Part shown: positions 1 to 8,353 of the stretch, in pieces | Layout: every line of letters starts with the position of its first letter | How positions within the stretch are numbered: position 1 is the stretch's first letter | Assembly (NCBI GenBank): GCA_044868105.1 | Contig: JBIOWC010000561.1 | Location: 1-47,038 of the forward strand | DNA length: 47,038 nucleotides | Direction of reading: 5' to 3' | Origin: Blastocatellia bacterium | GTDB taxonomy: Bacteria; Acidobacteriota; Blastocatellia; UBA7656 | Made by a program: the position numbers and the translations under genes | The notes under the pieces: model-generated | Told to the model about the DNA's origin: nothing | The model's input: only the letters and a program-made list of their open reading frames with translations | The model's database searches: none

Positions 1-10
1 GGTTTTGGAA

Positions 11-868
11 ATGAATAGAATGAAAACCATGATTCTTTTGGCGGTGCTTACCGGACTGTTTTTATTTGTCGGGCGGGCGCTCGGCGGGCCCGTCGGGTTA
101 GGCATCGCCATCGTTTTGGCGGGGATGATGAATTTCGCGGCGTACTGGTTTTCCGACAGGATGGTCTTGCGAATGTATCGCGCGCAAGAGGTCACCGCGA
201 CGCAAGCGCCGGAACTTTTCAACATCGTGCGCGCCCTTGCCACGCGCGCGCAACTCCCTATGCCGAAGGTCTATATTATTCCCGAAGAAGCGCCCAACGC
301 TTTTGCTACGGGACGCAATCCGCAACACGCGGCGGTTGCCGTCACGATAGGACTGACGCGCCTGCTCAGTCGTGAAGAGTTGGCCGGGGTGATGGCTCAC
401 GAACTCGGTCATGTAAAAAACCGCGATACCCTGGTGATGACGGTTTCGGCAGCCATCGGCGGCGCCCTCGGTCTCTTAGCCGATATGGCGCTTTGGGGGG
501 CGATATTCGGCGGGAGTTCCGATGATGAAGAAGATGGCAGCCCGGTTGGCGGATTACTCGGCATCATTCTCGCGCCGATTGCCGCGACCTTGATTCAAAT
601 GGCGATTTCACGCTCACGGGAATTTATCGCTGACGAAACCGGCGCGCAGCTTACCGGCAATCCGTTGGCACTGGCTTCGGCGCTTCGCAAAATTGAAGGG
701 TGGAGCCATCGAACGCCAATGCAGGCCGGCACACCGGCAACCGCGCATCTCTTTATCATCAACCCGTTTTCGGGTAGCGGGGTTGCCCGGCTTTTCAGCA
801 CCCATCCGGCGACCGGCGCGCGCATTGAACGCTTGGAGAGCCTGGCGCAGGCAAAAATTGCTGCGTAA
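11..868 (+). CDS. htpX: Zinc metalloprotease HtpX (peptidase M48)
   Basis: N-terminal TM pair, PNAFATGRNP, HELGH zinc motif, ISRSREFIAD, LFSTHP. ATG at 11 preferred over TTG at 5; the upstream context is cut by the window edge. Confidence 0.95.
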   Translation: MNRMKTMILLAVLTGLFLFVGRALGGPVGLGIAIVLAGMMNFAAYWFSDRMVLRMYRAQEVTATQAPELFNIVRALATRAQLPMPKVYIIPEEAPNAFATGRNPQHAAVAVTIGLTRLLSREELAGVMAHELGHVKNRDTLVMTVSAAIGGALGLLADMALWGAIFGGSSDDEEDGSPVGGLLGIILAPIAATLIQMAISRSREFIADETGAQLTGNPLALASALRKIEGWSHRTPMQAGTPATAHLFIINPFSGSGVARLFSTHPATGARIERLESLAQAKIAA

Positions 869-917
869 GCAGAATGGTTAACCGATTAACAAATTAAACT
901 GACAGGAGAGTGAAGAC

Positions 918-1211
918 ATGAATTGTCCATCTTGCAATATGAATTTGACGATGTCTGAAAGAAACGGGGTCGAAATAGATTTTTGTCCGCAGTGCCGAGG
1001 CGTTTGGTTGGACCGCGGCGAGCTCGACAAAATTATTGAACGCGCCGCCGCCCTGGAAACCCTGAGTGGTGGCGCCCAGTCTAATGAACCCAACTACGCT
1101 CGCCCGAAGCGAAAATATGACGCAGGCGATTATCGCCAACGTGATGACGACGATTACGAATATAAAAAGCCTAAGCGCAAATCCTTCTTAGGAGATTTGT
1201 TCGATTTTTAG
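918..1211 (+). CDS. zf-TFIIB-type zinc-ribbon protein
   Basis: CPSC...EIDFCPQCRGVWLDRGELDKII and C-terminal KRKSFLGDLFDF; SD AGGAG upstream. Confidence 0.9.
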   Translation: MNCPSCNMNLTMSERNGVEIDFCPQCRGVWLDRGELDKIIERAAALETLSGGAQSNEPNYARPKRKYDAGDYRQRDDDDYEYKKPKRKSFLGDLFDF

Positions 1212-1327
1212 TTCCCGACGCTGAGACAGAAATTGCACACACAACGAACGCAACATCCAATTAATCAATAACCCGTTCGCGTCAGGAACGCCGTCTTAAG
1301 AACGGTTTCGTTAGGAATGTAATCATT

Positions 1328-2398
1328 ATGAACGTCAATCTTTTTCCGTTATCCGAATATTGGTGGTTTTACCTGGCCTTTACCGGCTTTGTCGCTCTGC
1401 TGCTGGCTTTGGATTTAGGCGTATTTCATCGCCAGGCGCATGCGGTTTCTTTCAAAGAAGCCTTAACCTGGAGCGTCATCTGGATTGCTATGGCTTTGGG
1501 GTTCAACTTCCTGTTGTACCAATATGCGCTCTGGAAGTTTCCGCAAGATGCGCGCCTGGTGAATCTTCCGGGATTTGACCCATCGGCTGCCGCCTCGCAA
1601 GTGTCGCTCGAATTTTTGACCGGCTATGTCATCGAGAAATCGCTTTCCGTAGATAATATTTTTGTCTTTGTGGTGATTTTCACTTACTTCGCCGTGCCGG
1701 CAATTTATCAACATCGGGTCCTGTTTTACGGCATCATCGGGGCCTTCATTTTCCGGGCGATTTTCATTTCGATGGGCTCGGTGTTGATGCAATATCATTG
1801 GGTCATCTGGGTATTTGGTGCATTTTTGATACTCACGGGCGCCAAGATGATGTTCGCATCGGAAAAAGAGATTGAGCCGGAAAAGAATCTTTTAATTCGC
1901 CTCTTTAAACGCTTCATGCCGGTGACCGACCAAATGCACGGCAAGCGTTTCTTCGTACGGCTGGATAAAGTCTGGCACGCCACGCCGCTCTTTATTGCGC
2001 TGCTGTTTTTAGAACTCACGGATGTAATTTTTGCAGTTGATTCGGTGCCGGCAATTTTCGCAGTGACCAAAGAGCCGATGATTGTCTTCACCTCAAATAT
2101 CTTTGCCATACTCGGTCTAAGAGCCATGTACTTTATGCTGGCCGGAGCCGTCGATAAATTCCATCTGCTCAAATACGGGCTTGCCGTGGTGTTGATATTC
2201 GTCGGGCTGAAGATGGTCTGGTTGAATGATTGGTACGAGGGCAAATTCCCGATTACTTTGTCGCTAGGAATTATCAGCGGCGTGATTTTCGCGTCGGTAC
2301 TTTTGTCGCTCTGGTTACCGAAAAAAGCGGCGACCAAAATCCCGCCGGCGAAGATCAAAGAGGGCAAAGGCAAGTTGGCCTCCGGCAAAGGTCTATAA
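1328..2398 (+). CDS. TerC/Alx family metal-homeostasis membrane protein
   Basis: EKSLSVDNIFVF, QHRVLFYGIIGA, DVIFAVDSVPAI and FTSNIFAILGLR motifs; multiple TM segments. Confidence 0.93.
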   Translation: MNVNLFPLSEYWWFYLAFTGFVALLLALDLGVFHRQAHAVSFKEALTWSVIWIAMALGFNFLLYQYALWKFPQDARLVNLPGFDPSAAASQVSLEFLTGYVIEKSLSVDNIFVFVVIFTYFAVPAIYQHRVLFYGIIGAFIFRAIFISMGSVLMQYHWVIWVFGAFLILTGAKMMFASEKEIEPEKNLLIRLFKRFMPVTDQMHGKRFFVRLDKVWHATPLFIALLFLELTDVIFAVDSVPAIFAVTKEPMIVFTSNIFAILGLRAMYFMLAGAVDKFHLLKYGLAVVLIFVGLKMVWLNDWYEGKFPITLSLGIISGVIFASVLLSLWLPKKAATKIPPAKIKEGKGKLASGKGL

Positions 2399-2402
2399 AA
2401 AT

Positions 2403-2497
2403 TCTGCGCCCTTTGCGTACTTCTCGGCAGCTTCCGCGGTTTCATCTGTCTTTCAAACATAAACCGTAGAGTTCAAAGTCTTCGCAAAGGGCGCAGA
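2403..2497. repeat. Intergenic inverted-repeat element between convergent genes
   Basis: TCTGCGCCCTTTGCG (2403-2417) and CGCAAAGGGCGCAGA (2483-2497) form a perfect 15-bp inverted repeat. Confidence 0.8.
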
Positions 2498-2526
2498 TCA
2501 TCCATCCGCATTGAACCCCTCAACCG

Positions 2527-5500
2527 CTACTTCAATCGCATGGACGGGTCGCCAAACAGTATCCAGGTGCGTCTAACATCCACATCGCCGGTTGAAGCTT
2601 GGGCTTTCGTCGTGAGTTCGCCGAGCGTCAAATTGGCGTTCTCCGGGTTGAACATCAAGCTGAATAATTGGCGATTCATTGCCGTTTGATCGCCCGGACC
2701 CGTCATCCCTGAAGAAGCCCATACGGCAATCGCGCCGCCCGGTTCGGCTTTGAGCAACGCTTCCGCCAACGGTTCCAAAGCCGCATCAGCGAAATAACCA
2801 TTCAAGCAATTCATCATCACAAAAAATGGTAGCCGACCTTGATTGGTCAAACTGCGGGCTTCGGTTGAAGTCAACAAATTATCTGCCCAAATATCAACCG
2901 AAGCATGACCCGAATAATTAATTAACTTCTGCCCGCGATTGATGGCCTCTATCAGGGCGCGCTTGGCCGCCACCGTGCCCACCTTGCCGCGGTCTATGCG
3001 CTCAACCGTTGAACCGTCTTTAATCAACGCCTGCAGTTGACTGCTTGCGGCTTCAAAGTTGAACCCGTTGAGCACATCGCTTACCAGGAGCACGCTGGTT
3101 GATTTCGGCGTTCGTTCGTAAGCAACAATCCTCGCAACCAAACGCGACGCTTCATCGGCGCCGCGCGCCGGCAGACGCCCGATGGCGAGACCGGCCGCCG
3201 GACTTAAGGCAGTTGATTCGGTGAACCACTCGTCGCTCACGGTTTCCATGGTTGCGGTATCGAGTATTCGAGTCGGCACAAAATCATAATCGCCTCTGCC
3301 GAGATAATTTTTCGGGTCAATACTGGCGTCGCCCAACATCACGACGTAGCGCGGCACTTTTTGCCAGTTCGACTGCGCATAGGCGAAGAAGCTTTTCACG
3401 GCTTGCGGATTCTTGTGACCGAAGCTGAATTCATCGAAGAGGTCTTCGATATCAACAATGACCGTTTGCAAGCCTTGATTTTGTCTGTAGGACTGCAACT
3501 CGCGAGCCGCCGCAAGCAGACTGCTGTGCGTGACGATGAGCAAATCGGCGGCATTACCGGGGGTTCGCCAGCTTGAGGGTTGATTGGCAACCACGCGCGC
3601 CGGTCGTTTCATCTGTGTTGTCGTCACCGCTAAAAATGTTCTGGCGGAATCAAACGGCGAAACCGCGGTTACGGCAAATCCGCCTTTTTGTTGCGAGATG
3701 GTCGCAACAATTTCCTGAACTTCGTTCGGATTGGTCACATCGAATACCTTGATGGCATTGGTGGTGAAGCCCTCAATCGAGACTCGCTGCTTGCCTGTGA
3801 CATTAACTACCAGCGCATCCTGGTCCGCCTGATAAGTGTGCCAATAAGCAAGGCGAATCGCATCAACCAGGCTGATGTCGCTCTCGGCGCCGAGCGCTGT
3901 AAGGGTGATTTGATTTGCGCCCTCTTTGAGTCGCGTTTGCGGCACAAAGAATTTCGCTGAACCTTGCGTTTGCCCGTCGAATTGAACGTCGCCAACCGCC
4001 AGGCCATTGACGGTTACGCTGACCCGATGCGCGCCTCGGGTCACGCCTTGCAAAATCACTTCGACAGCCGCCTGACCGCTTGCCGTCGCGTCCAGATGTT
4101 GCAAGGTCATCGCCTGTTCAACCGGCGCGCGGCTTACCACCGCGCCAAAGAAATTTTCTTTATCGCCATTCCTCAGCGCTGAGAAATAGATGGTGCGGTC
4201 CTGGCGCACCACCGTGTGCAGGAAACTGTTGGGCGTCGGTAACCCGGCGTTGCCTTTCACGGTTTGAATACGCTTACCCGGTTGGGTTCCGGCAATCAGC
4301 CAGTAGGCGCGGCTGTCGGTTGCGGCGCTGTCTATCCCGATGCCGTAAAACTCTATGGTTGACGACGCATCAAGTTTTACGTCGCTCTTGCCGGTTATAT
4401 TCATCGGCACTTCTTGGCCGTCAACAACGAGTTGCAGCAGGCGCGGGTTGACCGCTGGGTCAAGCCCTGCGGCTATTAAATCGGCGTATGAAACGCGGTG
4501 AAGGCCCGCTTGTCTGACATACAACTTCACGGCGGCGCGACCTGCAAGGTCTGCGGGTGAGGCAACTGTCGCATTATCTGCACCAGCCGTTTCGGCGTTT
4601 TCATAAGTGGCTTTCGGTTCGACAGCCAGCGTCGGACTTTCTTGCGCCGCGTCCCTTCCCATCAGCGACAAAAGTTGCGCCTGTTTTTCTCTGAGGCCGG
4701 CGGTTTTCTTATCTTTTGCCTGAGTAATTTGAATCGGTCCGTGCCAGGTGCTCCGGCCGCTTAAATCAATCTCTTCAAGCCAGTATCGGGCGCTCGGATT
4801 TGCCTGAGCATCCCACCAAGCGTAAGAGCGCCCGGCCGTCAGCGCCCTACTTTCGCCGGCCACAAGCGCCGAACCGGCGACGATTTGTGGCGTGAGGCGG
4901 GCGCGCTGACCGGCTTCTTCGCGGTAAACCTGAAAGCCGAGGTTGTCAACTTCTTCGCCGGTTTGCCACTGCAACAAAACTTCATTGCCATAATTCATCG
5001 CCTCAAATTTTGCGAGCCTTGAGGCCGTCGGCGATTGCACGAAGAAGTAAGCCACGGCGGCGTCATGGTCTGAAATGCGTTCGGGTCGGTTGGCGTCCGT
5101 GCGATAGACTTCAGGGAAATCGCCGTTGACCCGCGCATAAGCAAAACGACTGAAGAAATCCATCAAGGGTTGATTTACCAGTTCGTGGTCGAGCGCCTGG
5201 GCGTTGCCGTCAAAGCTGTAGGAGTATTTTTGCGAGGGAATTGGCGAGAGGTCAATCAAGTCAACCAAATTGGGATTGACTAGATCAACGCCGTCGCCCG
5301 GCACCACCGTTTCATTGTCAGGAACCGGCGTTCCTTTGATGACGCCAATCGAATCGCCTAACCCATCGTTAAACTGAAAAGCATTGTAATCGCCGATGGA
5401 GATAATTCTCTCCAGCGGGTCTGCTACCTGGCGCGCCTGAATCAGATTGGCGAGGTATTCAGCCTGGGCTTGACGTTTGGCGCGAATGCGTCGGCCGACC

Positions 5501-7965
5501 GTGCCGGTGCCATCCGGCGTGTCATCATCAACATTGTTGAGTGAGCGCAAGTGATTGACGATGACGGTAACCGGGAAAGGCGTTGGAGCGCCTGAGACCG
5601 TAGCGCGCAAAACCAGTGGCGGTCTGTCGTTCAAGGTTTCCGACGCGCCATTGTTCGGATTGACGTAGGTTGTTGTTTTGCCGAACTGGGTCACGTCAAT
5701 AACCGTCACCCGTGGAGATTTCACGAGGAAGCCGACGTCAATCAACCCAACGTCATTGCCTTCGACAAGAAAAGCTTGATAGTTCGGGTTGGGCTGCGCT
5801 GCGGCAACCGCATCATTGTTGATTTTCGTAGCCAGCGCCTGCAGGGTTTTCAAGTCCTCCATCTCTTCGACGCCGAGGATGTCAGGGGTGCCGAGGACAT
5901 TGCGAATCGCCAAGCTGGCTTTATTCAAACGATTATTGAAAGCCGTCGTGGTTAAAACTGTATCGCCACCCGGATCATCCATATTGTCATAGAAGCGTTC
6001 AAGGTTGAAGGCGCCGACGGTGAATTCGTTGCTTTGAGGAACCGGCACGGGTACAAAGGTTGTAATGCCGGAGACGGAGGGCACAGTCGCGGCTTCCGGG
6101 TAGAGCGTGTAATTCGGGAAGCCTCCCGGATCAAGCACGCCGACCAGATTGGTCACCACCGCCCCGGTCGTCACATCAATCGGGGAAGTCCCCGGTTGCC
6201 CGTCACTGTCCACGCGGAGGTGTTCGGGGTTCGCATCAAAGCGCGGCACCGGGGGAATGGTCACGGTGCTTCCCGTCGGTAGCCCGTTCGGCGCTTCGAT
6301 GCCGGGTTCTCTGAAGGGTCGCGCAACCCCTGTGACAACGCCCCAGAATAGGCCGCTACTCGTAGAGGTTGCGGCGCTCTCTGTCTTAAATCCGTCGGTC
6401 GGCGCAACCACGGTCAGCGAATTTACGCGCACGCGCATGTGTTCGTATTTTTCCAACTGTTCAAGCGGACCCGCTGGATCGGTGTCGGCTGCGGTGATGA
6501 GGCTGGCGGTCGGTACCGGATTGCCGGTTGAGAGCAGGTTGACAGTTGGCGACGCCAGTTCGGTGGAGGTTGCCGAATTGATATTTGCCGATGTGCTGCG
6601 AAATTCAGCAACCGTGCCGGTCACCGACACCAGGTTGCCGATAGCTGCCGCTGCCGGGGGGGCGCTCGAAGTAAAGACTAATAAACCTTCCGAAGTGTTC
6701 GGGTCCGCATCAACGCCGGCATCCGGGGTTTGTATATAAAACCCGTTGCTTCTCAGCCCCGTGACAATGCCCGAAGTGGTTACCGACGCGCCAACCAGAG
6801 GTGAGGCGGAACCGTTGCCTTGAATGTCATGGATTTGGGTGATGGAAATATCATCATTCGTGATGGTGCCAACTCCCTGCCCGTCACTGACACTGGCGCC
6901 TGTGACATTGGTGACATTCACCAAAAAGGTTTCGTTGGGTTCGGATGTCATATCGCCGTTGACTAACACGGTGACCGTTTTTGACATTTGCCCTTCGGGA
7001 ATCGAGTCATTGAGATTGAGGATTTGCTGATAATCATTATTGGCAAGCGTCGCCGAACCGTCGGCCGTGTTAACGGTGTAAGAAACGCCGCCCATCGGAG
7101 CCGCCGCATTCAAGCTCACGATAAAGGTGAAATTCGTCGTCCCGCTGTTACCTTCGGCTTGCGTCACATCGTTGATTGAGAGGCTCAACGGAGCAATACC
7201 GGCCGTGATGTTGAGGTCGTCAATACCGACCCACTCGTCATTTCCGGCAGCGTTTGCGGTAATGATACGCACTTGAACTTCAGGTTGATTATTGGCCGCC
7301 GCCGGTAAGGTTGCGCTCACCGGTGTGACCAGCGTCGCAAGACTGGGGCCGGTGGTCGCATCGGCAACAAAGCCGGCGGGAACATTGGTGAAGTTCCCCG
7401 ACGTCCCGACTCTGAATTGCAAAGCCACCGGTTGTATGGCGTTATCCGCTGTGCCATCGATATCCCGGAGGTTATAAGCGACATTGATGTTGCTCTGCCC
7501 TGTGGTATTCAGATGCATCAGCAGGTAAGGCGCATCGGCGGTTCCCGAACCTTGAAGCGCAACGGTGGGGTTGGCAATGCCATCAAACTCGGCGACCCCG
7601 CCATTGGTAATACTGGTGTTCGATTGATTGGCAATGACATCGAGATCATTGGCTACGGCGCTCACGCCCAGCAAAGTTTGTGGGTCAACACCGGTCGAAG
7701 TCGTGATGTCTTGACCGAGAAAACCTTCGATACCGGGTACACCCGACCAGTTATCATTGGCGGTAATCAAGGTGGTCGTCGTCCAATTTTGCGTGAAGGG
7801 TAAAGTCTGTGGCGAGGTGTCGCCTTGAACCGCAAGCGGCAGCAGGATACCGCTCAGGGATAATAAGGCGATGAGAAGGGCGACAAGAAAATTTCTCGTC
7901 GGTTTATGAATCCTGCTGGTGAATTGAATAATTTTATGAATGCCGAATAGCGATTGCTTTTTCAT
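2527..7965 (-). CDS. Large secreted multidomain protein: beta-sandwich + Calx-beta + OB-fold + ExeM/NucH-like EEP nuclease + Ig-like linker + C25 (gingipain-like) peptidase
   Basis: Signal region; Calx-beta (LSINDVTQAEGNSG...EPNETF...GTITNDD); IHDIQG...SPL OB-fold; EEP motifs FNLERF, GVEEME, NHLRS, GDYN, SDHD; C25 motifs IGRLP, NYSGH, MNCLNG, LFGDP. Confidence 0.88.
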   Translation of the reverse strand: MKKQSLFGIHKIIQFTSRIHKPTRNFLVALLIALLSLSGILLPLAVQGDTSPQTLPFTQNWTTTTLITANDNWSGVPGIEGFLGQDITTSTGVDPQTLLGVSAVANDLDVIANQSNTSITNGGVAEFDGIANPTVALQGSGTADAPYLLMHLNTTGQSNINVAYNLRDIDGTADNAIQPVALQFRVGTSGNFTNVPAGFVADATTGPSLATLVTPVSATLPAAANNQPEVQVRIITANAAGNDEWVGIDDLNITAGIAPLSLSINDVTQAEGNSGTTNFTFIVSLNAAAPMGGVSYTVNTADGSATLANNDYQQILNLNDSIPEGQMSKTVTVLVNGDMTSEPNETFLVNVTNVTGASVSDGQGVGTITNDDISITQIHDIQGNGSASPLVGASVTTSGIVTGLRSNGFYIQTPDAGVDADPNTSEGLLVFTSSAPPAAAAIGNLVSVTGTVAEFRSTSANINSATSTELASPTVNLLSTGNPVPTASLITAADTDPAGPLEQLEKYEHMRVRVNSLTVVAPTDGFKTESAATSTSSGLFWGVVTGVARPFREPGIEAPNGLPTGSTVTIPPVPRFDANPEHLRVDSDGQPGTSPIDVTTGAVVTNLVGVLDPGGFPNYTLYPEAATVPSVSGITTFVPVPVPQSNEFTVGAFNLERFYDNMDDPGGDTVLTTTAFNNRLNKASLAIRNVLGTPDILGVEEMEDLKTLQALATKINNDAVAAAQPNPNYQAFLVEGNDVGLIDVGFLVKSPRVTVIDVTQFGKTTTYVNPNNGASETLNDRPPLVLRATVSGAPTPFPVTVIVNHLRSLNNVDDDTPDGTGTVGRRIRAKRQAQAEYLANLIQARQVADPLERIISIGDYNAFQFNDGLGDSIGVIKGTPVPDNETVVPGDGVDLVNPNLVDLIDLSPIPSQKYSYSFDGNAQALDHELVNQPLMDFFSRFAYARVNGDFPEVYRTDANRPERISDHDAAVAYFFVQSPTASRLAKFEAMNYGNEVLLQWQTGEEVDNLGFQVYREEAGQRARLTPQIVAGSALVAGESRALTAGRSYAWWDAQANPSARYWLEEIDLSGRSTWHGPIQITQAKDKKTAGLREKQAQLLSLMGRDAAQESPTLAVEPKATYENAETAGADNATVASPADLAGRAAVKLYVRQAGLHRVSYADLIAAGLDPAVNPRLLQLVVDGQEVPMNITGKSDVKLDASSTIEFYGIGIDSAATDSRAYWLIAGTQPGKRIQTVKGNAGLPTPNSFLHTVVRQDRTIYFSALRNGDKENFFGAVVSRAPVEQAMTLQHLDATASGQAAVEVILQGVTRGAHRVSVTVNGLAVGDVQFDGQTQGSAKFFVPQTRLKEGANQITLTALGAESDISLVDAIRLAYWHTYQADQDALVVNVTGKQRVSIEGFTTNAIKVFDVTNPNEVQEIVATISQQKGGFAVTAVSPFDSARTFLAVTTTQMKRPARVVANQPSSWRTPGNAADLLIVTHSSLLAAARELQSYRQNQGLQTVIVDIEDLFDEFSFGHKNPQAVKSFFAYAQSNWQKVPRYVVMLGDASIDPKNYLGRGDYDFVPTRILDTATMETVSDEWFTESTALSPAAGLAIGRLPARGADEASRLVARIVAYERTPKSTSVLLVSDVLNGFNFEAASSQLQALIKDGSTVERIDRGKVGTVAAKRALIEAINRGQKLINYSGHASVDIWADNLLTSTEARSLTNQGRLPFFVMMNCLNGYFADAALEPLAEALLKAEPGGAIAVWASSGMTGPGDQTAMNRQLFSLMFNPENANLTLGELTTKAQASTGDVDVRRTWILFGDPSMRLK

Positions 7966-8040
7966 GACTAAGCCTCTATTCCTGATTTAACCCCCAATGA
8001 ATTTAGACCTGCAAAATCAGCTTACGGTTTATGCGGGGGC

Positions 8041-8104
8041 AAGCATAAGCCTTGTCAAGCATAAGCTTTTTTAAGCATAAGCCTTCTTAAGTATAAAGCC
8101 TTTC
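8041..8104. repeat. 16-bp tandem repeat, 4 copies plus a degenerate fifth (to 8120)
   Basis: AAGCATAAGCCTTGTC / AAGCATAAGCTTTTTT / AAGCATAAGCCTTCTT / AAGTATAAAGCCTTTC in the divergent intergenic region. Confidence 0.85.
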
Positions 8105-8353
8105 AAACCTGAGCCTGTGATTGAAATGATGTTTCAGAGAATGTGAGTGGGATGAAACCTAACCGCTCAAACGAAGCCGAATTGTAGCCTACGCCTCAAC
8201 CCCCGGCAAGCAGGTTAGGAATTGTTTAGAGAGTTTTAAGTTGCCGTTTGTCCGGGGCTTTCGCAGAGCTTATCCATACTTTCACTCCGCCTCATATTTC
8301 CTGTAAAATCGCCTTTGCGCAATTCACTTCATTTCACCTCAAAGGAGTCATCC

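Noticed and set aside
1212-1327. yybP-ykoY Mn riboswitch before the TerC gene
   Set aside because: Expected for Alx-type genes, but I could not see the characteristic conserved loop sequences.
8041-8120. Possible mini CRISPR array
   Set aside because: The period is only 16 bp, there are no unique spacers of CRISPR length, and no cas genes are present.
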